Positions 23,104-37,000 of a stretch of 64,000 bases of DNA are shown here, piece by piece. The notes below the pieces were generated by a model. The model had not been told where the DNA came from and made no database searches. It saw nothing but the letters and a program-made list of their open reading frames with translations. How positions within the stretch are numbered: the first letter of the stretch is position 1; each line of letters opens with the position of its first letter. Both the position numbers and the translations under genes were made by a program. The DNA is from Marsupella aquatica (lineage: Eukaryota > Plantae > Marchantiophyta). Location of the stretch: assembly GCA_973895155.1 (NCBI GenBank), contig OZ316891.1:26163899-26227898 (forward strand). The letters run 5' to 3'.

Positions 23104-24559
23104 GAAGTCGCGGTTATGTAAAAAATAGCTAAACTAAAATAATTTTAACTTTCAAACCACATGTCGGTTTGAGATGAAACTTTTAGGGATGATTCTACTA
23201 TGTAACTACTAACTCCTGAAAAAGTATGAGACTTTTATGACTACTTTAGCTATTTAACTAAAATAGCAGAGATTGGCTGATTGTCATAATTGCACAGAGA
23301 GCTCATTCTTGCTGAAGAAGTGTTTTGGAGTCCGGTTCTTGAATCTTCTAGTCTGCATTGTTTCTCCAATGATGTCCAGTCTTCTTTCTTGGTAGCATGT
23401 AAAGAGCAAGGATTTATATTGGCGATCCTTGTCCAATATAGGCAATAGCCTCCGATGAAGCATAACATTAGGTAAAGTGTTCAATTGATCTAAATTGCTA
23501 CAAAAGGTAACTAGAATGCACCTTTGAGTTAGAAAAAGTTTAAAATTTATAAAATTTTCATCATTTCTAACTAATGTACAGCATTACAATAACAATGTCA
23601 AAGCATTATTTGTTCGTAGTGTGAGTCATGTTATGTAGATTTTAGATGTCAAGGAGTACAAGAATCATGTCCTCTTGGAGATTCATAGTATCATGCATGT
23701 GCTTTCAGTTATCTCATCCTGCAGTCATCAATTATGAGTTCCTGTTTTGTCTGAATTACATTGATCACATTGTAAACTATTCCATTGGAATTCAAATGAT
23801 CTACATTTTTGAGCAAGATTGTGATTCTGTTTAATTCTTATTTATGTTTTGTGTAGGATCTCCTTATATGATGCTTTGTTTCATGTGAATGTCATTCATG
23901 CTATGTTCATTTCTTGTATTCAATGTGTTATATTTCTAAAGTTAGAACATCAGGTTTCTATGTATTGTAATGTGGAGTGCTCTCTCTCCTTATGAACTGT
24001 CCCTCTGTGTTCATTAGTCATGGTTACAACTTGCATGTGAACCTTATTAGTTATAAACATGAGTATATAGGGTCCCAAATGGTTCTGTTGTGTGACCCGG
24101 GCCAGGGTCTCCATTGGTCTCTCCTGTGACACTAAATGGTCACACGCTAGTCGTTGTTGAATGCGGGTAAGTCATGTGTGTGACTTACCATGTGACTCGT
24201 CAAAGTCATATTGCAGTCACGTAGAAACAAGGCTAGACTCCACAATAAAGTCACAGACCAGTCACAAATGGGTATCAAGCAAGTCACAAAGCCCAGTATC
24301 AATAGTGACTTCCATTTTTTGGTCTCAACTTTTGCAACTCCAAGGGTCACAGCGTGGGTCAAGTCACGTTGAGTCACAATTAAGTCACATGAGCCAAAAT
24401 GAGTCACATATTGCGATCTCAGTTCACCTCGGATTCTTCTGGTGGGTAGACTACAGCATGTCCCAAATTAATGTTGGATGCATTAAAAATCACTCTTGTG
24501 CAAGGTGGTTGTACTCTTGCGGGTACTTTTGGTAACTCTATTCTCTTTCAGAAATAATG

Positions 24560-25360
24560 GTAGTTGGGGACATCGATCATTTTGTTACGTCCAAAACCCT
24601 GGGCCCTCACTCCGTGTAAAAGAAGTGGATCCCCTGCAATTGGGCCCTCTTCTTGTTTACCCCTTGTTATTTCCATTTTACTAAAAAAGTTCTCTTATTA
24701 CCGGTAATAATTAGAATTATTAGAAGTTCAAAATGAATAAAAACTACCCTTCGAGCATTGCACATCCTCCACGTATTAGTTCAGACTGAGGGCCCAGGGG
24801 TCCAAAAGGGTTTTGGGACATTCAATATTGGTTTCTGCCGCAACTTTTGTTTTAGGACAGAGGTACATTGTTTGCAAGCTACAGTAGTGACTTTGCCAGG
24901 CACTTCAGCAAGTTATGTGAACTCCACACACACACACCAACCCTGCAGTCCCCGCTCTCACCCCACGCACACTAAGAGCGGGGACTTGTGTGTGAGCTGT
25001 GGCTGGTCCTGATTATTGACAACTCCGTGGCCACTTGAGCTAGACCCCAGCCCTAGGCCCTCAGCCTATGTAATGTGGAGAGAGCGTGCAAACAACTTAC
25101 GGAAGGGTATTTTAACTTCATTTTGAAGTTATTGTATTACTTTTAATGATACTTACAGTTAAATACAGGGAAACAATTAACAAGGGGTGAAAAGGGGAAG
25201 CTTACAATAGGGGTCTATTGACAGATATGTTTCATTAGTTTACACATAGTGTTGGCCGTGGGGAACAAGACCACTTTTGGTGCAACGTTTTTCAACAGTG
25301 CAACAAGTGAAGGGAAAGAGGGTCGACGTACTATGAACAAAGATGGCGATGTCTTCAAAG
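24560..25360. mobile_element. Degenerate foldback/MITE-like element with long imperfect inverted arms
   Basis: TTGCACATCCTCCAC...GACTGAGGGCCCAGGGG (~24758-24800) mirrors CCCTAGGCCCTCAGCC...GTGGAGAGAGCGTGCAA (~25050-25091). GACATCGATCATTTTGTT (~24569) mirrors AACAAAGATGGCGATGTC (~25336). Ends not resolved. Confidence 0.5.
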
Positions 25361-26099
25361 TGGTTTAAAGTGGTAAGAATTGAAAGATACCTAAATTATA
25401 AAACTCTTGGTCTAAAGTGATATGAATGAACCTGTGCTTGATAATGTAACAGAGCCTGTCAGAAGTCTTTTAGTACCATATAAGGTCTACTGGTTTAACA
25501 TCCAAGCTTTCAGCAACATGCCTTTATTCCGCAACTTGGAAAAGGTTCTTTCAATTAAAAGATTCTAAATTCAGATCCCAAAAAATATCCTTGGTGGAAA
25601 ATAGGTATTGGCAAACACCAGTTCAATCTTTGTCATGTCAAGCACAAGTTTCTCACAGATATGCTAGAAAATATTAATATCAATGACTATGACTAAATAT
25701 CGATCATCTACTTGAGCAAGCTAATGTACCATATCCACCATGTTGATATAGCATAACACCAGGTGTGAAAGAATTATAGTTACGACAACACTTCCTCCAT
25801 CAAGTCAGGTCAAACCCAATCAAAATTTAAACCCCATGAGTTGCTCTGGCATGCCTGATATCATTTCCCAATTGTCTATTCAAGCCTATTGCAAGCTCAA
25901 GAAACTTAAGCCTTACAAAGTCCAAGACAGTCTAGCTCTTGTGGAAACATATCATGTGATCATTGACTAAGTTGTTCAGTAAATATTGAGGAGGCTGGAT
26001 GGTTGGATGATGTGGCAGCCGGCCCGGTGAAAAATCTATAAAAAGTACCCCGTCAAGAAAGTTGTTTAGTAAATATTGGAAAACACATTGCCACGTGGA

Positions 26100-26455
26100 A
26101 CTTGTGTACAACAAGCAATTGATTGACATTGACACACAAATATGTGGTTCACCCCATCTTGGCTATGTACACGGCTAAGAGAAGAAATCTCTATGCACTA
26201 GCACTACATGCACATCCACCATAACCTAGCAAGCTAACAATTTTCTCTATGATTGTTCCTCTTCCATCTCTATCTCCAATCTCTTGAATACTTATATCAG
26301 TCTAGTATGAACACAATGAAGTGCTCATCTAGCTAGGTACACAAGTTCTTCAAGTCTAGCCTTAGTCTAGCCTGAGCAGACCCTAACTGTGCTTAAGCTG
26401 TGCTCCTCTTAAGCTAATGAGGGGCTAGAGTTAATTTACCAACAAATTCCCCTTA
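26100..26455 (-). mobile_element. Degenerate Copia-type LTR with adjacent polypurine tract
   Basis: Minus strand reads AAGGGGAATT|TGTTGG at ~26443 and contains GTGTACATAGCC...GAACCACATA, a variant of the GTGGACGTAG...GAACCACGT motif common in plant Copia LTRs. Confidence 0.45.
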
Positions 26456-28789
26456 ACTCTAACTAGTCTAGGTTAATGCGGGGGTTAATGATTGAGGGTG
26501 CAATTTACTTCTATTCCCCACAATAGGATATTCTTGGGCCAGTAGTACCAAAATCAGCAGTTGATTTGACATGACTGTCAACCTATGTAGACTTCAGTTA
26601 GCTTATAATGATCTCTTGAATGTTTCTCCTCCATCACAATAAACCCAAAACCAACAGTTACTATTTTGGTACTATTGGTACTACTGCCAAAAACGATGGT
26701 ACATGAGCATGCACTTTGCGTTCAATGCAATTCCAATCGGAAACCATAGTCCATTTCAAAAACAATAGGAGGCACATTCCATAGTTCATGCATAGCAAAT
26801 TTCCATCCCATCTTCAACCAATCATATATAAGTGTTTGATTCATAGGACATTGGAAAGTGCTATCAATTATGTTTGCAACGAAAATACACTTCCATTTGG
26901 TATTGAATTGCTCACAAACATATCCAATTTAACGTGAATGGCAATGTGCAATCTATGCCGAATCACAACTTACAATTACAAATTGATCAAAACTAACAAC
27001 TCATGTTTATCTTTGTAAAGAGTCTCCAATTCATTGTGAATGGGACAACAATCAGACTGATCAGTCCATTTCCAGTCAACACAGAATGGAATTCTCATAG
27101 TTTGTGAATTGAAAATCTTTTCCAATTGTGGTTGGGTTGGAGCTTATGTTTTTCTGATAGTAGTGGAATGGCAATGTTCGATTTGCATTGGATCGGAAAG
27201 TAAACTCGCCAATGCGTTTTGAATGAAATTGGAAAGCTTCACATTGTCGGAAAGTGAGAATCGGACTAGGCCCCAAAATGTACTAGTGACTAGTGCACAG
27301 TGCAAAATCATCATCGGTGGAAAGCAAGATTGAGGGTACCAAAAATGTTCTCTATAGTCTCCACCAAAGTGCAGAAATTGGGGGTGTTACATGCAAGATT
27401 GAGGAGTACCAAAAAGGTTCTCTACAGTCTCCACCAATGTGCAATAAATAGGGGGTGTTACATGCACTCAAGTGTTGTGATCTTATTTTGGCATATCAAA
27501 GGCTATATTTGAATCCAGATCTTGGAAGTCTGTCCTATCTTTGAGGAAGTGTATCAAACTCTGCGGAAGTGCATCCAAGTTTGAGGAAGTGTGTCCAACC
27601 TTTGAAGAAGGGTGTCAACCTTTAATGTAATCCCTTTTCTCTGAATCTCCATTTTTAATGAAAAGTATGAGGGCTAATCCACAATCCTTTTTGCACCTTT
27701 TGGTACCCTTCATTTTTGCTTTCCACCCATCATTATAAGATATAGCTACTGTAGCCGATTTATGATTGACACTATTATTTGTACAATGTTGCTTAATGTA
27801 TTCATTCTCATCAAATTTTCAACACTTTACGATTCTCAAATCCCTAGAAAATTCATGCATTGCAATATACTTGGTCCTACAACATTATTTCACCTATCTC
27901 TAACTAGTAACCACTAGAGCACACCCAAATCGGGACTAAGAACTTTAAGTATCATGAATATTCTTCCACATTCGATATGATAGCAAAGTAACAGTAACTC
28001 TTGTCTCATCAAACAAAACTGTATAATTTTAACCATACAAATTGTCAATTTCAAATGCTCATGAGACCTAGGTAGGGTTTTCTTCTGGTCTTGTACCTTT
28101 TTCTTGGGGTTCTCACTACATAGTGGCCCCCACATCACCTGCAACATTTAACCACAACTTGCCCTATATAAGGGGAAGTGTCCAAGGCCTCCCCCTTTTT
28201 CCACATTTTAATCACTCTTCTCCTCTAGCATTCCAGTTTGCTCCACAATTTCAGGAAATAACTACGGGTAACCCGTAGCTTTTGAAGGGCAGTTGTGGTT
28301 TAAGCCCTGCACCCCCAAAAATTTAAGAATTTGTTTTATTTTAGAAACCCTATAAAGTTGGATTTTGATTAAAACGACACTAATGTTCTTACAAGACTCC
28401 AAATTGGACTTAAAGACACTAAAGTTTTTCCACAAAAATTTCTAAGTCTTCCCTATAAATCAATAAAACTACCGTATTTTTCATCACATGTGATGTACCA
28501 ATTCTGTGGAAGTGAAACTTTCAAGACCTTTTTTTTTAAACTTGCTAACTGTGCAAGGATTATGGAAATCTTGGGTCCTCACACTAAATTAAGTAAAATA
28601 AGTGAACTCCTTGTAATCCTAAGTGATGCCTTCCCTTTTACCCTTGTTATTACTATTGACTTGAAAAAGTTCACTTGTTATAATTAGCTCAAAATAAATG
28701 AAAATGGCATTCAAGCATCTTCACATCTTACGCATATTAACTAAAGGTGGGGGCCCATGGAACTAAGAGTATCAATGTGCTCATGCAAA

Positions 28790-29150
28790 TCTTACCTTCA
28801 GCCATTCTGAAATTCATTGACTCACTTTAAAATTGTATACAATTTTGTTGTCAATGATGTCTTCTCATACATCACCTTTACCCCGCCCTACAATTTTGTA
28901 ACTACATCATTTGTCATCACCTAAAGTAGCACTTCAGAAGATAGATGTAACTTGGGATGGAAGCTGTTCACGTTCAGAGTACAAGAACAAATGTCATCCC
29001 AGTCCCCGGTTGTTGGTGTCACCTTGAATGCCAAATCTAGACCTTGAGAAACAAGGACATCTTTAATCCGGATCATTCTAGCTTATAGTGCAAGAAATCA
29101 GTTCTTTTGATGAACTTCTCTGCCTCATAGCTTATCTCGCACTGGTAACT
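28790..29150 (-). pseudogene. Degenerate Ty1/Copia gag N-terminal fragment
   Basis: Minus strand encodes SYEAEKF...IRIKDVLVSQGLDLA, which resembles the Tnt1-type gag start (YEVAKF...MRDLLIQQGL). Frameshifted. Confidence 0.5.
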
Positions 29151-30265
29151 TTTGTTGGTTCAACTGTTGTGAACCCTCATAGCCCTCATGTGCAATACTT
29201 CCTCGATCTAGAACTTATCAGTGGCAACTAGACAATGTCCCTTGGAAGTGTATCCACAGAAAGTTTCTCACCACCAAGCAACCATGAAAGGACTGTGTCC
29301 CGTGGGAGTGTACCCACACAATTGTCCTTAATTTTCCTCCGACCACATGTGCAATAGGATGGTGTCCCATGGCAGCATATCCACGCAAACTTCTTCACCA
29401 TCAAGGGGGTTGAATGGTTCACTGGTAGGATGTTTCAATAAAACCTCTGATGTCCAAACAAGAAGGTATAAGACGATCCATTCCAAGGAACGCAGGGGGA
29501 TGCCTATTTTTGACTCAGTCTGACCCTGAGTCTATCCCACAAGTGCCTCTTGGGCTAACCCATTTCTGTTTGTTGGGTGTTTTTGGAACCGGCGGGAGTC
29601 CACTTACTCAAAGGTGGCTTGCGAGTGAGAAGACTATGACACAATGCATACATGATGTGGTGATAGCCATTGCCTTGAGCTTGGATTGTCATGGAGCAGT
29701 AACATTTTCTTCCACCGTAGGATGGTGCAAACATTAATGACTTTCCTGACACTCAGGATGCAGGCTTATCTGGTCTTCACTAGTGCAGGAGTTTGTGTCC
29801 TTGGGGATGTGGTCGATCATTGCCAGGGTCATTGCAGATCCCACTCACGGGAACATTGTTGCGGGTTGCTATCCATGTATGGGGCCATGCAACAGCCAAC
29901 GCAGCCTGGCTCGAAAAGAAAATATATGCTGGTTGCGTTAGCCTCGGGTCATCTTCTACCCGCTTGCTTTATAGATCTTTGGGGCTCAACATACACTCTA
30001 GCTATAGTTTTGACTGTTTTCTATGGGCGTAAGCAGTCTTTCGTGAAGAGCATGGGCCTGATGCGCCCGTTTTGTCCTTGTTGTCTTCTTTAGACAGCAG
30101 GTGTCTACAGCCAACAGGGGGCTCAAGGCTCAAGTATATATACTATTCTTTGTAGGGCCAAGGCAGGTGATCCTAGGGTCTCTAGACAAATTCCTTTATG
30201 TGACCCTCTTATATAATTATGTACTAGTTTAGCCCGAGCTTTACCAGGCTTTTCAGTATGTCTGG

Positions 30266-30637
30266 TGTTGAGTAGGAATTTGGTTTGCCAATCTGGGGAC
30301 TCATGTGTTAAGGATTGCTCTTAGTCTTGTGACTCATAGGTTACGGCACTTAGGCTAACCACAGTTAGGATCTTAGCTGAGGTTAGGTTAGTCGTGTGTG
30401 ACCTTGTATATACCAGGGCTAGTGTAAGCCGCTGGTGAGTGGTGCTTACTCATGGTAACGGAGCAACTTGAGGAAGAGGGAGAGCATGTGTGTCCGTTTA
30501 CTCTTGAAGTAAAGCTTGAGTGTTCGTGTGGACGTAGCCTTGGAGAAGAGATGAACCACGTAGAGATTGTGTCGACTACGTGTGCATGGAATGAGTCATG
30601 GTTGTATGGTCGTTACGAATGACGTCTTAGTTCAACA
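30266..30637 (+). mobile_element. Copia-type solo LTR
   Basis: TGTTGA...TCAACA termini; internal GTGGACGTAGCC...GAACCACGTA motif; TATA-like tract at ~30407. Flanks TCTGG/TCATG match only 3/5. Confidence 0.6.
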
Positions 30638-31027
30638 TCATGTAGGGGCATCTCAAGCTTCTTTCTTTTTTGCCTCGAAACAACCAAAAGAATTCCATCT
30701 CAATCTTTTTGAATCTTTGGTTTTCCCTGTTTTCTTTGCTTTATTGGGTCTCCTACCTTTCATTGGGATCCTATTTTCCCAATTGGCACTTTTTGTTCTC
30801 CTAACTTTGAGATCCTATCTGCCCATTTGGCACTTTTGGTTCTTTTGCAAAACATAAGTGTGATGTGTACAGTATTACAAACCCATAGAACTGGGGTGCT
30901 AGAGCTACACTTAGGTCAGGAGGGTTGCTAGAGCTTTACCCCTAAACCTTGGTGTGCAGTGATCCAAGCACCATTCTGACTGTCCTTTCCTAGTCTATGA
31001 AATTTGGGAAACGAGGAAAAGTGTAAA

Positions 31028-31360
31028 AGCAAACACACTTGATTGACCTTCATTATAGCAAATGGAATAGTAAAGTTGATACATCTTCGATCAGATCAAA
31101 TGGAAACAGGAAACACCCTCGATTGATCTTCACAGCAAACAGAACAGTGAACTCACTTGATTGATCTTCAGAGCACATGGAACAGTAAACACCCTCTATT
31201 GATCTTCAGAACAAATGGAACAGATCTTCAGAGCACATGGAATAGTAAACACCCTTGATTGATCTCCAACAAACTCTCCACTAAACACCCTTGATTAATC
31301 TGAATGAATGGCATGGAACAACAAACACCGTTGATTGATCTTCTTCATAGCAACTGGAAC
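31028..31360. repeat. Degenerate tandem repeat, ~38-40 bp unit
   Basis: Recurring GATTGATCTTCA(GAGCAC)ATGGAACAGTAAACACCC, about 8 copies. Confidence 0.8.
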
Positions 31361-34038
31361 AGCCAAGACCATTGATCAGCGCACCACACAACAGCGCACC
31401 ACACAGGTTCATTTCCTGTGCCCCAATTGACCACCGCAACAATGGCAGAAAATTGCCAATTGCTTTAAACGTTCTGACCAGCAAACCACGACCAAAGCGC
31501 ACTGCTCAATGACAAACAATTGCTCTTGCTCTGATATTTTAGCCTGGGACCTAAAAAGCGATCAGCACACGATTTTTAGTTCAACGAGTTCGATCACGCA
31601 GAGCTATTCAATCCTGATACTACTACTTAGCGTAGATCTGAGATGCATTACCAGACCAGGGTACTCTTGGCAACACAGAAGAAGATCTTTTCTGTTGTTG
31701 ACGGTCTGCAAAGCTAGTGGTAGGGGCTCCCACCTTCTTCAAATTGGGCAAGCCACCTAAAAGAGATCGAGACTTTGAGCAATTCTTAAATACATACCAC
31801 CACACTATTAGGAGTCACTCTGGAATTCATTGATCGAGCTAATATTATAACGTCAGACTGAAGGATCCAAAAATCCATGTATACCGAATTGACAGCATGG
31901 ATCTGGCAGTAAAGCTGCTGCGCGCAAAGATCACTCGGGTCTCAAGGCTAATAACAATTCAGATGGGTCTGACTCGCCGGTGCCTGAGATCAGAGGAGTT
32001 GCATGTACCGCTTGGAATGGTGTGTACACAAGTGGGGATCACAACAATCAAACACCCGAGACTCTTGCCTGGTCTAGGTACTAGCACCCTCCAGCCTGGG
32101 GTCGTCATTTCTTTTCTTGCCATCTATCATGCGCAAATTAGTATAAGTTTTTTTATTGGGTTTAGTAAAATATTTTTAAAATTTTTATTGAAGAATATTA
32201 AGGTTATTTTAATATAATTTAAAAATATTAGGAATACTTTTTTAAAATCAAAATTGTAAATAATTATAAATAATTTTATTAACTTAAATATTTTAGTGTG
32301 TTTATTTCTCCCAAAACTTAGTACTTTATATGGAATACCCTTGGATTGAACCCCAAACCCCTCGGGAGTGTACATGATTCGAATATCCATGCCAATTTCT
32401 CCACATGCGATTCACACAAATTAAAAATCTGGACCAGTACCGAGTACTCGTCGGGGCTTCGTGCCTCTGGCAATGACGTCTCTGATTCCCTTCGCTTCAA
32501 ACGTATTTTTTTAGTAATGTCCAACGGCATGGAGCCATGACCATCTGTTTCATAGGTACAATTCCGAGTTTGTAATTGGGACGAATCTGGATGTATCAAC
32601 GTGTGCTTCTTAAGACTACACCAGACCTCGATCGATCAGTAGCAGTCCTTGATTTCAACCCGCACCTTCCTTTCGATAATGCAAATCGGACGATGAAGGT
32701 CAAGACGAATCCGCGGATATCCATTCTCTGCGTGCTTTGATCGTTCTAGTATCGAAGAGAGGCCTCTCAGGTCGAACACGAGACTCACAGAATCGCCAGA
32801 GACACCGGGCGACAGTACGTAGTAGCCTCTCACACTCATAAATAATCACTCCTGAAGGTTTGCAATAACCTCTGAAATCCGACCAGAAGATCGAGTTTAA
32901 ATGCTGACTTATCTTTATTTCTAGACAAGGAACATACACGTACATAAGATTTTAGTTCCAATAAGGAAGACAAAGAGACCAAACAAACGTGCAGACTGAT
33001 CGATCTTAGTGGGATCCTCGATCGCCAACTGCCCGGCATTATGAGTTACAATATAAGGATACAAATCGTGAAACCTGTTTCTAAGCATTAACAATGAAGG
33101 ATACGGTCAACCTAAACTCATGTAGAAGAGTATACGAGTCAAAATCATCGATCAATGTTGTCCACTATCAACCACAAAGTCATCTGATTACTACGTTGCC
33201 ATTGGTGAACTAATTGATGCGATGTTCGTGACATATTCACATAAGATGTATGTATAGACTATTTGGAAACTAATATCGCCGCTGAACTCTAGTAGGTTCT
33301 AAATTAAAGATATAGAGGTACACATGGAAAGTTATCCCTTGATCGATCGATCAATCCATCCATCCTACACGAAACGTGGGCAATGATTGAAGCTCCATAT
33401 GTGGGACATTCGATGCTCGATGTGTCCATCGACCTGTTAGATTGAGTGGCCCTGCGTGCTAAATTCCCGGTCCAGAGGACTACTTCCAACGAGTTGAAAA
33501 TTCCTTGAACTCTGAAAAGTTCACCCGCGAACGCAGAGAGCTCTTACAACTCCGCGAGAATGGCACATGGTTGATTATCTAACCACCTTATCAGGAAGAG
33601 CCGCTTATTATCTGCTGCACCTTAGTGAAAATAAAGTTTAAAAAGTGCTGACAAGTACAGTTGCATTGGGTGGTACTATGAACTGAGAGATTGCATTTTG
33701 CAAGCGCAATTTGATCCAGATCGCGAAGTCAGCAAATTGAGTAAATATTATTCGATCGGAGCCAACCAGAGCAAGTTTCTTCACGTACTGGCGGGACGAG
33801 GAAACGAGTCCCCTCCTCAACTATAACTGGAAGCCTCTCACGCCTCTTCAAAACTGTCAATTCGTCCGTAAGCTAGAGACTCGCATACGCTTTTCAGTAA
33901 TTAACGAAGAAAAACTTCTCCAGCAGAACAAGGCTTCAGGATATCGAGAAAATGATCGATTGTAAGTGACAGCGGGCGAAATGACTGCAAGTTCGAACGA
34001 TATGGTTACTTTTCGCTTGTCATCGATCTCCATCGATC

Positions 34039-37000
34039 TCACCTCCTTATCAGCATCTCGACAACCTTGCTCTTGAAGGTGTCCCAAGACTGCTCTCCGA
34101 GAAGCATAACATCTCCTCCCTTGTCCTTGTAAACAATATCCAGGCCCTGGGTGTACTCTTGTTGAGTAAATTGTAGAAGCTCCCGCTTGAGCCCTTCCGT
34201 CGATGTAAATTTGGAAAGGTCGGTGGAGAGGCACTTCTCCGGCGACCATTGCATGTAGCATTTGACATGAGGTCCAGCCGAGTTCACCCCGTCAGCGCGT
34301 GGTGCTGCATCCGAGGACGACATGGTGGTTGTGTTGGCCGCCGGAGATACGCGCTCTCCTGAGCCTTGAACCGGAGAGCAATGCCTCTTCGGAGACTTTT
34401 GCTCCTGGTCCTCTGAAGAAGACGTACTCCTGCTACCCTGTGTACTACTCGTCAAATGCGTGGAATCCGTGGCGAAAGGAAGGTGTGCAATTCGTGTGAG
34501 ATCAGAATGTTGTGCAAGGCTGAGCGAGGTGTCTGGCGCGCCATCACTCCCGTACACATCTGCCACACCTGAGATTTTCAAGATATCTAGGTTTCCCACC
34601 TTCCGCTTCCTACTATCTCCTCCCATTTGACCTGATATGCTCGACAAAACACTTCTCGGATCTCTTCCTTGGCTCAAGTCGTGCTCGGGCCCGGCTTCGA
34701 GAGAAGTGGTAGAAGCTGCACTGCTCGATATTCCATTTGTGGCAAGCCGAAGAGATGGTGTCAAGGGTGGGAATTGTTCCCCAGTCCTTGCTGTCGTTAG
34801 GCCTAGGAAGGAAGTTGCCACTTGATCGCCTGGCTTTGTAATCTGGATGGGCTTCATTGATCCAGGGAAGGATACTGGTCTGGCACCTGCAGACACAGGT
34901 GAAGAAGCTACGAGCTGCGTAATGCCATTATTGCGACCTTCTTCTGTTGTGCAATACCGACTCGCAAACGTCTGCAGACGCTGTGCATAAGCTTGCTCCG
35001 CAGGAACTGGCGATGGCCATAGCTGATGACTCAGACTCGAGGCAACAGCCGTGGATTCCAGTTGAGCACTTTTCTTCTCCAGGTCCACGCCGAACAACCT
35101 TGTGCCGCTCGCTGCAATGGCATTCGCAGCTCCTGCTACAGCTGTAGCTTCATTTCGCTCGATGGACTTCGCTGCTGCAGCAGTCTTGGCGCCAGCATAG
35201 ACTAACGCTTTATTGCTGGAAACTCCCTCACTTCGCCTCCCAAGCTCCAATAGCGAGAAAAAGTCGGACTCCCCGCTTCTGGGATGAGCGGATCTAATAA
35301 GCAGAGACTGCGAAGATCCTACAGGGGGGAAGGGTATGTTTTCCATGTGTCGGTTTGGGTGCTGCGGGAGGTTGGGGAAACTGGATAGCTGCAAGTTCTG
35401 CGGAAGCGTATGTCCTCCGTAAATGGACTGAAATTGATGCCACGGTGCACCTGAAGAGGTCAGGGGCCCGTGACCTGGCATACCAAACTGAGACGGTAGC
35501 CGAGGCACCCAGGGTCCTCTGTAGTTGTTCCTCGAATCAGCAGAAGGGCCTGGGAGCATTTGAGCAACCTGATTGCTGATTCTTCTCCGAAAGTCGATGT
35601 AGAGCTCTTTTCCAGGTCCTCGTTCGAAGGAAACGGTATCACCTGCGTCAAGCTTTTTCTCCTTGACGAAACGACTCCAGCCTTTGGTGAAGACATAGCT
35701 TTGAGAGCTGTTCCAGTAAGAATACCGAAACCTCCAGTGCTTCCCGGATATATCTTCAAAGGACAGTGTCTGACAGGGAGCATTCAAAGCCAAGTCTAAG
35801 GGAAAACATCTCTCGGCATGCTGCTTGGGAATCACTAGCCTATTGAGTTTGCCTACATCACTTGGAGTGACAGCCTTTTCGAACAAATGCTCTCGTTGCA
35901 GAGTGGGTCTGGGGGGTATTGCAGGCGTAGTACTGTCGTTTTCTTGGGCAGGAGGAACTGCGACCATCCCAGTAGAGGTTTGCTCGGATGTGGAGCGCTT
36001 GCTGGCAAGCCTCTTGCTTTGATCCAGCTCCTCCTCGTAAGTGTGTCTGCGAAGCATTTCAACAATTTGTTCTTTGGAATACTGCCGGAGGAACACTGCT
36101 TCAGGATCGGTTTCCTGCACGGGACGGAAATTTGTCATGGCGTCTCTGCCCCGAAATTTCATTGCCGCTCTATCGTAAGCTCGAGCAGCATCCTCCTCTC
36201 TGTTGAACGTACCCAGCCATACTCTCTGATGTTTCTCGTAAATCTGAGCTCCCCACCTGCCGTTGGGCTGTGGAACCACTCCCCGGTACTGGGAAGAAGG
36301 CAGCTTGTTTGCTCCTTCCTTCAGAACTCGGCTGTCTTCACCTCCGTCCGAGCTCTCATCCGGGGCACCGTGAGTTGTTTGTGCATCGCCCTGAGACATC
36401 TGATCGGAGCTACTCCGTTGGGACTCACCTTGACCATTCCCAGCTTCCCCTGGACCTTCAAGTCTTCGCAGGGAGTTCGTAACAACCGTGTTAGGACCCG
36501 GCCATGACGAGCTAAGCCATGAGGGAGTCCGTGCTGCCTGCTCAGTCCGACCCTGGACCTCCTGGACCTCAGCAGTGGAGATCTCCATGTTCGCTCTCTC
36601 CCTGGATGCGATGTCTGCACTAGAGCACGGAGAGCTGGAGCTTCCATCTGAGACAGCTGCACGTTCATCTCTGCGTCTAACATCGGAAGTCACCTCTCGC
36701 GTCTCTTGCGATCTAACGAATGCGGTATTGTTATCCTGGATGGAAGTTGTTTCTGGACGGCCGTCGAGGGTCAAACGTTCGAGCTTGATCCCTGAACCAC
36801 GATCCGCCCATTCTACTTTGATGGGCCGCCCAATCGGTGTCTGATCATCAGGCTCTATGATGTCGAGCCTTGCTGTTTTTGCCTCTACGGTCAACAATTC
36901 CTTATCCTGAGAATTGTTGCCTGCAGCCCACGATGGTGCGGAATTCTCAGGGCTGTGCGGAGGACTTAATCTGTTCCTCTCGGGAATGGAAGGGGCTAAC

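Larger units (their letters stand above)
1..23621 (+). mobile_element. CACTA (En/Spm) DNA transposon, element A; degenerate, left end outside the window, hosts two nested insertions
   Basis: Broken Tnp2 transposase (244-566 plus 4406-7974) and a multi-exon TnpA-like gene (~8094-11526 plus 21254-21538) on the same strand. Palindromic subterminal repeats at 22.5-23.1 kb. Candidate right TIR ...TTGTTCGTAGTG ends at 23621 (reverse complement CACTACGAACAA). The right end is tentative because the left TIR and TSD are not visible. Confidence 0.8.

Noticed and set aside
22686-23132. ORFs and a CRISPR-like look of spaced palindromic repeats
   Set aside because: Eukaryotic context, irregular spacing, duplicated spacers and no cas genes; explained as CACTA subterminal repeats.
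29430-30130. ORFs of 65-135 aa, possibly retroelement-derived
   Set aside because: No motif I can identify with confidence; left unannotated.
35887-36844. Plus-strand ORFs up to 206 aa overlapping RAV
   Set aside because: Antisense shadows of a GC-balanced coding exon.
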